DNA of 64,000 bases from Psammoneis japonica. Its lineage: Eukaryota. Shown in pieces: positions 27,306 to 38,625 of this stretch. The notes beneath the pieces are model-generated. The model saw only the letters and a program-made list of their open reading frames with translations. It did no database searches and had not been told where the DNA came from. Location of the stretch: contig QPGO01000002.1 of the NCBI GenBank assembly GCA_008632985.1, forward strand, positions 744,001 to 808,000. The letters run 5' to 3'. The position numbers were made by a program, and so were the translations under genes. Numbering within the stretch: the stretch's first letter is position 1; each line of letters begins with the position of its first letter.

Positions 27306-29522
27306 TGTGTGAGCAAGAGGTGTGAGACATGTGTGCAAGACATGTGTGAAATGTGTGCAAGGTGTTTGCAACATGTGTGCAAAATGTTTGAAAGGTGTGT
27401 GGGAGGTTTGAGCAAGACATGTGCAAGTTGTTTGTGGGGCCTGTGCAAAATGTGTGTGCAAAGTGTTTTTGCATGTGTGCAAGGCATGTGCAAGGTGTGT
27501 GTGAAATGTGTTCAAGGTGTGTGCAAGACATGTGCAAAGTGTTTGAAAGGTGTGTGGGAGATGTGTGCAACATGTGTGTGTGTGTGTCTGTGGTGTTTGT
27601 GAGATCTGTGCAAGATGTGTGTGTGACACATTTGCAAGTTGTTTGTGAGATGTGGCAAGATGTGTGTGAGGTGTTTGCAAGACATGTGCAAGTTGTGAGT
27701 TGTGTTCAAGATGTGCATGAGATGTTTGCGAGATGTTTGCAAGATGTGTGTGATGCACTTGTGTGCAAGGTGTTTGCAAGATGATGTGTGCCAGAGGATG
27801 TGTGAGTGTGTGTGAATTGCACAACAGATGTGTGTGGGGTGTTTGGGGGGATGTGTTTGAGCCATGTGCAAGGTGTTTGAGAGATGTGTGCACAATGTGT
27901 GCAAAACATGTGTGTGGTGCATTTGCAAGATGTGTGCATGATGTGTGCAAAATGTGTGTGAGGTGTTTCAGGGGCATTTGGGAGATGTGCACAAGACCTT
28001 TGCAGTGTGTTTGCAAGATGTTTGCATGATGACATCTGTGACGTGTTTTCAAGATGTGTGCAAAGTGCTTGCAAAATGTCTGCTTGACACACACAAGATG
28101 TGTGTCAAATGTGTGTGAGGTGTTTGCAAGATGTGCGCAAATTGTTTGCACAGTGTGCAGGAGTTGTGCATGAGGCATGTGCCAGGTGTTTGCAAGATCA
28201 TGTGCGCAGGTTTTCTGCAAGATGTTTGCCAGATGTGTGCAAGGCGTGTGTTTGAAATGTGTGCAAGATGCACTTGAAACACACAACTTGTGCACAGGGC
28301 ATTTGAGGGATGCACATGAGACCTTTGCAATGTGCTTTCAAGGTGTGTGCATGATGATGTGTGTGACATGTGTGTGGTGTGTTTGCAAGATGTGTGCAAG
28401 GTGTGCTTTCAAGATGTCTGCATGCAAGATGTGTGTGCAAGATGTGTGTCACATGTTTGCAAGGTGTTTGCAAGGTGTGTGCAAATTGTTTGTGAGGTGT
28501 GCAGGAGTTTTGAGGTGTGTGTGAGCTTGTGAGATGCAGGCAAGATTTCTGCAAGATGTGCACCAGATTTTTGTTCAAGAGGTGTGTGAGATGTTTGCAG
28601 AGTGTGCAAGATGTGTGTTGGGTGTGTTTGGGAAATGTGTGCACAAGACACATTCAAGGTGTTTGTGAGATGTGTGCAAGATGTGTGCAACACAAGTGCA
28701 ACATGTTTGTGAGATGTGTGCAAGATGAGGTGCTTGCAAGATGTGCGCAAACTGTGTGCAAGAGTTGTGCACAAGGCATGTGTGAGGCCTTTTGCAAGTT
28801 CTGCTTGCACAGTGTGCATGACACATGTGTGAGGTGTGAAAGATGTGTGCAACATGTGTGTGAGGTGTTTGGGAGATGTGTGTGAAATGTGTGTGAGATG
28901 TGTGCAAAATGTTTGAAAGGTGTGCGGGGGACATGTGCAAGATGTGTGTGAGGTGTTTGGGAGGTGTTTGCAAGTTGTGTGCAAGGTGCTGTGTGTGATG
29001 TGTTTGCAAGATGTGTGCAAGACATGATGTGTGAGGTGTGCAAGCATTGTGCATGATTCATGTGTGAGGTGTTTGCAAAAAGTGTGCAAGATGCATGTGT
29101 GAGGTGTTTGCAAGAGATGTGTGTGCAAGATGTGCATGAAATGTGTGCAAGACATGTCATGGGAGATGTGTGTGCGTGATGTGGCACAACATTTGAAAGA
29201 TGTGTGAGATGTGCACAAGACATGTCTGAGGTGTTTGTGAGATGTGCACAAGACATGTGCAAAGCAAGTGTGGGGGGCTTGGGAGATGTGTGTGAGGCAT
29301 GAGTGAGTTGTTTGCAAGATGTGTGCAAGACATGTGGGAGGGGTGTGTGTGTGTGTGCAATGTGTGAAAAATGTTTGAGAGGTGTGTGAGATGTGCACAA
29401 GACATGCCTGAGGTGTTTGCATGCTGTGTGAAGCAAGTGTGCTGTGCTTGGGAGATGTGTGCGAGGCGCGAGTGAGTTGTTTGCAAGATGTGTTCAAAGT
29501 GCATGTGAGGAGTTTGCAAGAC
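27306..29522. repeat. TG-rich complex satellite block 1 (~11-13-bp monomer GTGTG[CA/TG]AGAT)
   Basis: Continuous gtgtgcaagat / gtgtgtgagat / gtttgcaaggt variants. Confidence 0.92.
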
Positions 29523-31992
29523 CACATGGGCTCTCCAGGAAATCATTGCATTTGCAGCCTGGCGTGGGTCATGATGAGCACAAATCATGTCAGCCAGCAA
29601 GAGGTCAATTGAAAAAAAAAACAGCAGGTTTGGTGCTGCAATGACTTCACAGAGAAGAAGACACTCTTTTTGCATGCACAAAATGTGGGTCAAAACAAAA
29701 AATGTCACTTTCTGGATGAAGCACAGGATCACACCAACAAGCTTCAGAATGAAAAACCTGATCACACATCTTTTTAAATGTGCGGCACATTTTGAAAAAT
29801 GCACTCCCGGGCACTCTTTTTCAAGTGCAGAAATTGTGCTTGACTCTTCCTCACAGGAATGTTTTGTGCATGTCTGGGTTTGCATTTTGTGAGCTGTCCT
29901 TTGGCACACAGAAAAAGTGTGTGTGCACACAGATCCTTGCTTGGACAGAAAGAACCAGCACTCTGGTTGGCTCAATGAATTCCACACAAAATGTCTGGCA
30001 TTGTTGGGCACAGGAGAGGGGCCAGGAAGCATCAACATTGCCCCTGACAGAGCTGGTCTTGGATCAGCAGCCCAAACACATGGGCAATCACTGTGGTTTC
30101 CCACCCAGTCACAGAAACTTTTCAGAGTGCTTCACACACAACAAGCAGTCTTCTGCAAGCTTGGTGACACAGAGTTTGCAGATGGAAATGACTTTCATCC
30201 AAACCAGAGCCAGAGTGCTCAGGGCAGTCAGCTCTGACAGCCTCAAGCTTGTTGGTGATCTGAAATGCCATGTTGAACAATGTTTGGCATGACCCAAGTG
30301 TGTCATCCCCAAACTCTGCACACATCTTCAAGTCGTGCCACAGCCCAGTGTCTGCTTGGACTCAACAGCATCTCTTGCCCAACCTGAAAAAGATCATCTG
30401 AGTTGCTGGCTTGAGAGTTGAAAGATGTGCAGCAGTTGTCATGATGTCTTTTGTTCATCAATGTCAAAAGATCATTGCAAAACACAGGCTGCTGTGGACA
30501 GACTCTTGAAGGCAATGCATTCACACTGAATCTTTTGAGGTTGGCAACATTCTGCTGCATGCAAGAAGGTGCCCTGCCAAAGACAGATGAAACAATGCCA
30601 AACCTCCTTCAAATTCTGGGTCTTGATGCTCATGGTTTCAAGCTTGGCAATCTAAAAGACTTTGTTTGGCAAGGCATGGTGCAACAGAACACATCATCCC
30701 CGAGCTCTGTGCTGGCATCTGCAAGCCCCACCATGTCTGAATGTCTGCTCAGATGCGACAATGCCTTGATCCCAAAGAAGGTCTGCCAGCTGATTGTCCG
30801 CCATTGGCTTGAATTGAGAGATGTGCAGCAGTTGTCATTGTCTTCTTGTTCATGTTGAAAAATTGTTGCAAACCACAAGCCACTCTGGACAGACCTCATG
30901 AAGCAATGCTGTCCAAATCTGTTTGATGTGTTGGCAACATTTTGTGTTGGAGCCATTGTGACTGCCTTGTGAGGCTTCAATTTCACAGAGATCTGTCATT
31001 TCCACTTCATCCCAAAGGGCTCCCTGAAGAGCTGCTCATGCAAGGTGATTTTCTCCTTTGCACATGGAAGCTGGAGGCCATTTGCTTCTACATTGATCTT
31101 CAGAGAGGAAGCACCCAGATGACATCTGCAACACATTGAGCCAAGCTGGATGAGAGTGGGGAACCTGTTCCCACCTTCGAAGGCATCAAGCAACAAAAGA
31201 CAGAACCCTGCTTCATGGGTTGAGACGGAAACAGAGAATTTGTGTGTGCCAGCTCAAGCAAAGATGATGAAGAGAATGAGAGAACAGGTGGCACCACAGA
31301 GATCCAGCTGTGTGCTGATGACGCAATCAAACAAGCCAAAGTGCACCATTGCAAGTGAGTTGAACAGTTTCAGCAAATTTGATTGTCCAGTTGTTGTCAA
31401 AATGCACGCAAGCCTGTCTTGCAAGGTGGAAGGCAAGAACGTTCCCAAAACAGACTGGCCACTTGTGCTCCCTGGTTGGAGAACATGACTCCTTTTAGAA
31501 TTGCAACAATGAAGGTGGATTGGTGCTGTGCTTTTGCACAGATGTGCAATCCCATTGGAAGGAATTGGCTGATTGACGTGCCAACTTGCCTCTGCCGTTT
31601 GATCCTTTGATTCTTGTGACTTTTTTTTCCATGCAGCGAGTGCTGGAAAATCAGATTTGGATTTGCCTCTGCCATTTGATCCTTTGATTCTTGTGACACT
31701 TTGTTCCCCACGCGGCAAGTGCTGGAATCAGATTTGGATTGGAGGTGGTGCAATCCATGTCCGGATGGAGAATGATGCAAGGGATGCTTGTTCCTTGCAT
31801 CTTCAGCATGCCACACATTTGGTCTCAGAGACTGTCACATCAACTTCTTGGGTGTTGTTTCACCCAGGCTCCTCTTGATGTGCCGCGAAGTGATGCGCCA
31901 TGATGAAGAGGCACAGCAGCCAGGACAGCAATTTAGAAAGAGTGCACTGCAACTGTGAACAATGCTTGGATGAGTTGCTTGCTTTGTCGCAA

Positions 31993-32297
31993 CTTTCTGT
32001 GAAACTGCTTGGTGCATGTGAGTGATGAAGGATCATTCCTGCTCTAGAATCAAGGTGCTTGTGTGAATGTTTCTTGAGTCTTCACTTGCTTGCACTGCAG
32101 GTGCAGTCATTTGGAAGTGAGCTCACTGCTGGCAATCTTGTTGATGACATCAAATGTTGAATGGACTGATGTTTTTGGTCTCGGGGGTTCAAGACAACCT
32201 GCAATTGAAAACTCTAGAAACATTCACACAAGTGTCTTGATTCTGGAGTGGGAACGAACCTTTGTCACTCATGCGCGCCAATCAGTTTCACAGAAAA
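31993..32297. repeat. ~95-bp inverted repeat with ~110-bp spacer just upstream of the Penelope-like ORF
   Basis: tttctgtgaaactg...gtgtgaatgtttcttgagtcttcacttg (31993-32088) is the reverse complement of caattgaaaactctagaaacattcacac...cagtttcacagaaa (32202-32297). Confidence 0.9.
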
Positions 32298-32363
32298 GCA
32301 GCACACAGTGTGATGAAAAGCGTCAAATGCATTGGTGGCTCAAGTCTGCAAAAAAGAAAACAA

Positions 32364-34050
32364 GATGGAGCCCGGCGCAGCTTGACTCTCTGACCCCAGT
32401 CCTTCTCTGCCAGTGAAAAACCTGCTTTGTCTGGACTGCAAGAACCCAACTCAAACTGGTGCTTGAAACAGGAACCCCACTGGCAGGAAAGAACAATGCA
32501 GCAAAAGACAATGAAGTGCCAAAAGGAAAAGGAAAAAGGAAATGCCAGCCCCAAGCCTTGAAGACAAGTGGGAAACCATCTGCCAACAGACACAAGAATG
32601 AAGCCAAGAACTGCCACGGAAAAAAAAAGTGGGGATCATGGAGGACAGCACAGAGGCAAGCAAAGAGGAAAGAGAAGCAACAGGCAAAACCAGAGGCAAA
32701 ACTCCTCCACCAAGGAACCATGCTCCCCATCAAAATTGCTGAAAAACAATCCGACCGCTGCTGCATCAGAGTCCATGGTTTCATGCCAAATCCTGACGCC
32801 CCCCTGTGGGAAAATGCAGCAACGGCTGTTGACAAGATGAAAGCCATGGCACACTTCAACCACCTGGACAATGTGTCTTGCCGTGACCTCTGTGCAAAGC
32901 TGCAACCACCGCCTGGCACTGGATTGCTGTAAGAACTTGGACACAAGTTCTGCATAGAATCAAGCACCCCGTTCCAACACAACCACCATGGCACACAACG
33001 CTTCCAGCAAACCATGCATCTGTGGAACTTTGTTGAGAACTCCAAGCTTGCAAACAATGAAGACGGATGCAACCCACACCTGTGCATCCCCTCCAATTTT
33101 GCCCCTCCACAGATTGAAGATGGGGCAACAGAACTTTGAATGATGGACTTTGCAAACAAGACAGACAGAGCCAGTCAAACAGCCAACTGCCAACAACCCT
33201 GCTTTAATTTGATGCCACAGCAGTGCCAAAGACCACAAACATTGCAAAATGACAGACAACTCATCGTGTCCGAGACTCTCACCAAGTCCTTGCCAACTTG
33301 TGATTGCTTGGAAAACTGCCACCAGATGCTGAGCTGTTCACAGTCAATGCAGCAGGAATGTGCAGCAATGTCAATGCCAGCCATGCTCTGGAAACATTCC
33401 ACCAGTGGTTCCTTGAGCACCCTGATGAGATGCAAAAAAACTTCCCAATTGACTTCTTCCTTGCCATGCTGGAAATCATCATGACAAGAAACATCATCCA
33501 GTTTGACAACACCTGCTGGCTCCAAATCAACGGTGCAGCCATGGGTGCCAGTGCAGCCTGCATGTGCACCGCCATGTGCAAGGCTCTCCACGAATGCCAA
33601 AGCATGCTAACCCGACTCAACTTAGACCTGCCCTGTTGTGGATGATTCACAGATGACATGCTTGGTGCATGGACAGGTGGCGAAGGTGAAACATGGGACA
33701 AGTTCAAACACGAACTTAACAACTTTGGCACCTTGGAATGGGAAACCTCCAAGCTCAGTGACCCAGCTGCATTTCTGGATCTTGACATCAAGATGGGAGC
33801 AAACTGGTGCATTGAAACAAGAGCGCACCAGAAGGCCATGAACCTGTGCCTCTACATGCCCCCAAGCTCAACACATCCACCTGGAGTGCTGAGAAGCATT
33901 GTGCATGGAAACCTTTGCACATGTTGGGCACAAAATCCAAACAACAAGGAATGCCAAAAAAACAGTGGCCCAGTTCAGGGCACAGCGGGTTCAGCCAGTT
34001 GGCAGCGGTGTGCTCAAGACCCAAAAACCCAAGAGATGCCCTTGTGTGAA
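32364..34050 (+). mobile_element. Decayed Penelope-like retroelement (reverse transcriptase relic)
   Basis: LPPDAELFTVNAAGMCSNV, LEIIMTRNIIQFDNTCWLQINGAAMGASAAC, WFTDDMLGAW, AFLDLDI, RAHQKAMNLCLYMPPSSTHPPGVLRSIVHG match PLE RT motifs (MYTN, YW.Q..G.AMG, (Y/F).DD, FLD, Y.K...Y....S.HP) with Tyr turned to Cys/His. No GIY-YIG domain seen. Confidence 0.85.
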
Positions 34051-34559
34051 CACCGCTGAAGGAGCCCAACAGGCAGCGTGCTCCAGACATTGTCAAAATG
34101 CTCTCTCATGCACTGGAGCTCTGATTTGGCGAATCCATTGCAATGAGTCACCTCCGGTAAAAAACTCAAACAGGCCACCCACCACGTCACCACGGTGCTG
34201 CGGCTTGTGCCTGTTTTGAGTTTTTTCTGTTTTGTGTTTTGAGTTTGTTCACTTGTGCACTTGCTGCAGCAGAGCATGCTTCCACATCTGGCAGCAGCAG
34301 GAACATCAACTCGCTCTTTCTCAAACACCATTGGAGTTTTTGAGATGGATCTTTCTGATGCTCTTTCAACAACTGCCATGTCAGCTGCAATGACAGCCAT
34401 TGAAAAATGCCGATTTCGAAATTTTCAGCTCGAAAAACAGCCGACAACACTGACGAAGCAAAAGCAAAAGCTCACATCATTGAGCTTTGCATGTCAGGCA
34501 ACTCTTGATGGATTGCTGTTGTGCCAAAGGCTGTCAGTGCATTGGACAACCCCGAAAAC

Positions 34560-34910
34560 AATGCTCTTGGTCTTGATCCAAACACAACAAAATGGCTCCA
34601 TCTTTTTCTTCTGTTGTTGTTTGTTGTTGTTGTTGTTTGTTGTTGAGGTGAACCTCCAATCACACGTGTCAGTGCAGAAACTGTCTCCTGACTTGGAGGA
34701 GGAAGTGCAGCTCCATTTTGATTTGCCATGGTTGGTGGGGTGTGTCTGAGACAATGCTGTGTGGTGCATTGAGATGGCAGCTTCACATCAGTTGTGAGGA
34801 GTGAGTCATCGCAAAAAGTGGCAAGATGTGACAGACAGATGTGTGCATGCTTTTCATGCTCCCAGCAGTGTGTGCAGCATGCAGAGAGATGCTCTGCCCC
34901 GCCACAATGA
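34560..34910 (-). pseudogene. Duplicated, hypermutated 5' fragment of the CCA-adding enzyme gene (homology continues into upstream DNA to ~35765)
   Basis: atgctcttggtcttgatccaaac.. aligns with 24378-24722. It translates as MANQNGAALPPPSQETVSALTRVIGGSPQQQ versus MANQNGTTPPP..SQETVSVPTRVIVGSPQQQ. Confidence 0.9.
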
Positions 34911-35791
34911 CAGTGCATCCATTGCGCTGCAGCAAGACAACAGCCAGTGGCAATTGCCAAACCCAACAACCTGTGCGAGTGCGGAACACTTCTGTTTTTT
35001 TCTGTTTCTGTTTCTGCAGTCTCTGGGTTGCTGGAGAGGAGTTCTTTTTTTTTTCCACTGCGCCACACAGCCAACACCACAAAGTGCTGTGCTGCACTCC
35101 TGCCAGTGTTGTCAATGCACAAGACCTCTTCCCCTTTGGACATTTTGACAAAACAGCTCACTTGGCATGTTTGCTCTGGGCCCACACAAATTTGTCATCA
35201 ATGCCTGAAAAACGCAGAATGTGGCTGGCCACCCACCTGCATGTTTTGTGCACAGAAACATGCCAGGAAAGTGACTTCCTTGCAAGCCTGGTGCACCCGC
35301 TTGCACAGTCAACTGTGTGCGCATTTTGCACACCAGCTTGTTTTCCTGAGCGCATGACTCTCTGGGTCATTTTGTGCAGTGTGCGCCACTTGTTTTTCTC
35401 CAGTCAGTGCAGGGGTGAGGAAACTAAGGATGCCAGAGCACAGCTGAGCAGCTTTGGCGACAACAACAACAACGACAACAAAGCAACATTTTCTCTGTCC
35501 TCAGTGGTCATGTCTGCACCATGATTGCTGCAGCTGTGGTTTGTTGGTCAGAACATCAGCCAGATGCCAGCAAAGGCTGGGCTTTCAGGAAACAGCTGGC
35601 CAGCGCAACTCTCAAATGCCCAATGATGGAAAATGGAGTTTGTTTGTTGCAGCGGGTCCAAAGCAAATGAGAGTTTCAAAAATGGAGATGGCTCTTTGTT
35701 CAGTTTTCCAGCACCCTCCTCCTCTTCTCCTCCCCCTCCCCCAGCTCTTGACCAACCTTGGTTGATGACCAGCTCTGTTGTGAGCAAATCT

Positions 35792-35796
<5 letters not shown>

Positions 35797-35830
<34 letters not shown>

Positions 35831-36127
35831 NNNNNNNNNNNNNNNNNNNNNNNNNNNNNNNNNNNNNNNNNNNNNNNNNNNNNNNNNNNNNNNNNNNNNN
35901 NNNNNNNNNNNNNNNNNNNNNNNNNNNNNNNNNNNNNNNNNNNNNNNNNNNNNNNNNNNNNNNNNNNNNNNNNNNNNNNNNNNNNNNNNNNNNNNNNNNN
36001 NNNNNNNNNNNNNNNNNNNNNNNNNNNNNNNNNNNNNNNNNNNNNNNNNNNNNNNNNNNNNNNNNNNNNNNNNNNNNNNNNNNNNNNNNNNNNNNNNNNN
36101 NNNNNNNNNNNNNNNNNNNNNNNNNNN
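35797..36127. other. (TG)n run followed by an assembly gap (Ns at 35831-36127)
   Basis: Seen directly. Confidence 0.99.
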
Positions 36128-36989
36128 GCGCACAGCAGCTCGTCAAAGTCGCGGCTGCTTGCTCTGGTTGGTCAAGTTCATGGATGCTGAAAAGGGCACC
36201 ACAGCACATTTTTGCCATGGACCCATTGCCCATTCACTGCCAGATGAGCGCTGCTGCCATGCCTTGCTTGAGCTTGTGCTTGTTGCTGCAGAAGACGTTT
36301 GCTGGTTGCTGCTGCTGCAACAGTGTGAAAGGAAGAAGTTGACATCTGCCAACCCACACACACAGTTGACACTGTTGCCTCTGCTGTTGGACCTCTCTGA
36401 GCCATGCTGCAGTGACAAGAAAATTGGACAAAATGCAAACACCGCTGTGCCGTTGGACCCCCTTGTTGTGTGCATCATGGGCCTGGATGCTGGTGCCTTG
36501 AATGTTGTTGTTGCTGTTGTGTGTCCACACATTGGGCAGTTGCTTGATGACAAAAGCTGTGCTGTGCAAAGTGAAAGGCCAAATCTGCAATGTGCCAAGA
36601 GGCTCTGAGACCTTGTTGTTGCCATGGCTGGAGACCAAAGGCTCTCATCCTCCATGCAGCAGACAGAAAGCAAGCTCACTCAAATCTTTGAGAGCAGCTC
36701 TGTCGCCCAAATGGAGGAGGCCTGTCATTCTCAGAATGACCAGCAAGGCAAGCTGGCAACAAAATGTTGTTGGAGCAGGAATGGCAAGTTGCACTCTCTT
36801 GCAAAACACAAAGAATGAGCTTGCAGAACCAGCAACAATGTCCTCCAAATGCCACACAATGAACACCATCTGCCTCTGCTTTGGCCTGAGCGGCAATGCC
36901 AGGCATCCAAAACACCAAAAAAGCAATGTCTGGCTTTCCCATGGGACATGTGGTTGCAAAGATTGAAAGCATCCAGGCTGGCTTTGCAA

Positions 36990-38376
36990 GGTTCAATGTT
37001 CGGAAAAATGCACATTGCTTGTGCACCTGTGTTGGAAGTTGGGGTGGCCAGAGTGTGAAATCAAAGCCCCAGCCATTGGCTGCATCTTCTTGTGGAAAGG
37101 CCACTGAGCACTTTCAAGACACACAATGTCATCTTTGGACATTGCCAAAACGGGGGTGCAGGCACACAAGACAGGCTGCTTGCCATGTCATTCAAAGGGC
37201 TCAGGTGTGTGCAAGGAAGATGTTGTTGAGTACATCATCATCAAACCAGCCTTGCTCGCTGCACATGGTTCTGAAAGTGGGCTTGACATTCTCTTGTGAT
37301 CCACAAAGTGGGCTTGAATTGCCCAGACATCTTTGTTGGCTTTCAGAGTCAAGACAATGGGGCAGGGAAATTGGAGTTTTTTGGAGTGAAAAGTGTGCTC
37401 TTCTCCATTGTGCGCAGCTCTGGGAGTTTGTGAGAAGTGAAAACTGACCCTGCATTGACCTGGGCCAGTGGGACATTTGCATCTGGCAGGCATGAAACCT
37501 TCTCCTTTTGAAACTGGTCAATCACAACAAGCTCAAAAAGTGGTCCTGAAACATTGTTTGCAACAAGTGGGTCAGTGAAAACACACACAAGAGGTTTGCC
37601 TCATGTTTTTCCACACAGCCTGTCAAAGAACTGTCCAAAAAACAAGGTGCAGCTGGCGACATGCACACTGGAAAGACCAGCTTCAGAAAACCTCTTGATG
37701 GAAAACTGAGCATTTCTTGCTTGTTGCAGATCTTGGACAAATGACCAGGGCCAGCATCGCAAATGCTCAGGAGACAGTGAACCACAGACACTGTGATCTC
37801 TGCCCTTTGACTCTTGTCACATTCTTCCACAGGCTTGCGCATGCATGCAAGGACAGCAGCAACTGGCTTGTCTTTGCACTCTTCTTGAAATGGTGCCTTG
37901 TTCAGCAGCTCTGAAACTTGCAGCAGGCATTTCCCAGCTGCAGCAACAAGCTTGTTCCAAACTTTGTCATCAAAATCCTTTCGCTCTGGCCTCCACACTG
38001 ATTTCCTTGTCCCTGATTTCAAGTGGGTGCACTCACAGCCATTGAATCATTTGCTGTTTTCTTTGCAGGACAGACCATTGTCTGTGGATGCCAAGATCAC
38101 AGCGTGGGCACAGCACACATTTTTGTTCAGCTGCTTCATCCATGAGAATGGCTTTTCAAGCACCCTTGGTGTGTCTTTCACCTTCAAGCTGTGTTTCTGA
38201 GCAAAGCCTCTGTTGAGCTGGTCAAAAACAAGGTCCCAGCACAACTTTCTGTCTTTGCTTTTGTTGTGGTTGACCTCATTCAATGCCCCGCCAGTGATGG
38301 CATCAACAAATCCACCAATGGAGTTGCCATGGGTGGACTGATCAACCCATGATTGTGAGGTGTCAACATTCAGCAA
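36990..38376 (-). pseudogene. Decayed unidentified coding relic (partial copies at 46456-47099, 55417-56060, 26853-27084)
   Basis: Protein-like frames (DGFVDAITGALDEVN..WDLVFDQLNRGF; KDFDDKVWNKLVAAAGK; QGWFDDDVLNNIF) interrupted by stops and shifts. Confidence 0.35.
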
Positions 38377-38625
38377 TCAACAGACTGCCTCAATCAAGTG
38401 AAAGGCATCCAGCCAACCCTCACAGTCTCAAACAAATGCAACAATGTGGTCTCATGCTTGCAAACTTTGTGCCAAGTTCATCATGGAGTGCAGCTTGCCA
38501 ATGCCATGTGTGTCACACACTGTGAGTCCAAGATGAGTGTTTTGGTCCATGAAGAGCACATGTTTTGTCTCCTGTGCTGGTTGCAGTTGATGCAAAATTC
38601 CATGATTTCCAATCATTGCTTCTTT

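Noticed and set aside
35612..36608. ORFs spanning the X run
   Set aside because: They are created by the N gap.
37201..37270. QGWFDDDVLNNIF resembling the Ulp1/SENP WLxDEVIN motif
   Set aside because: I could not find a convincing His-Asp-Cys catalytic triad downstream; the sequence is too decayed to call.
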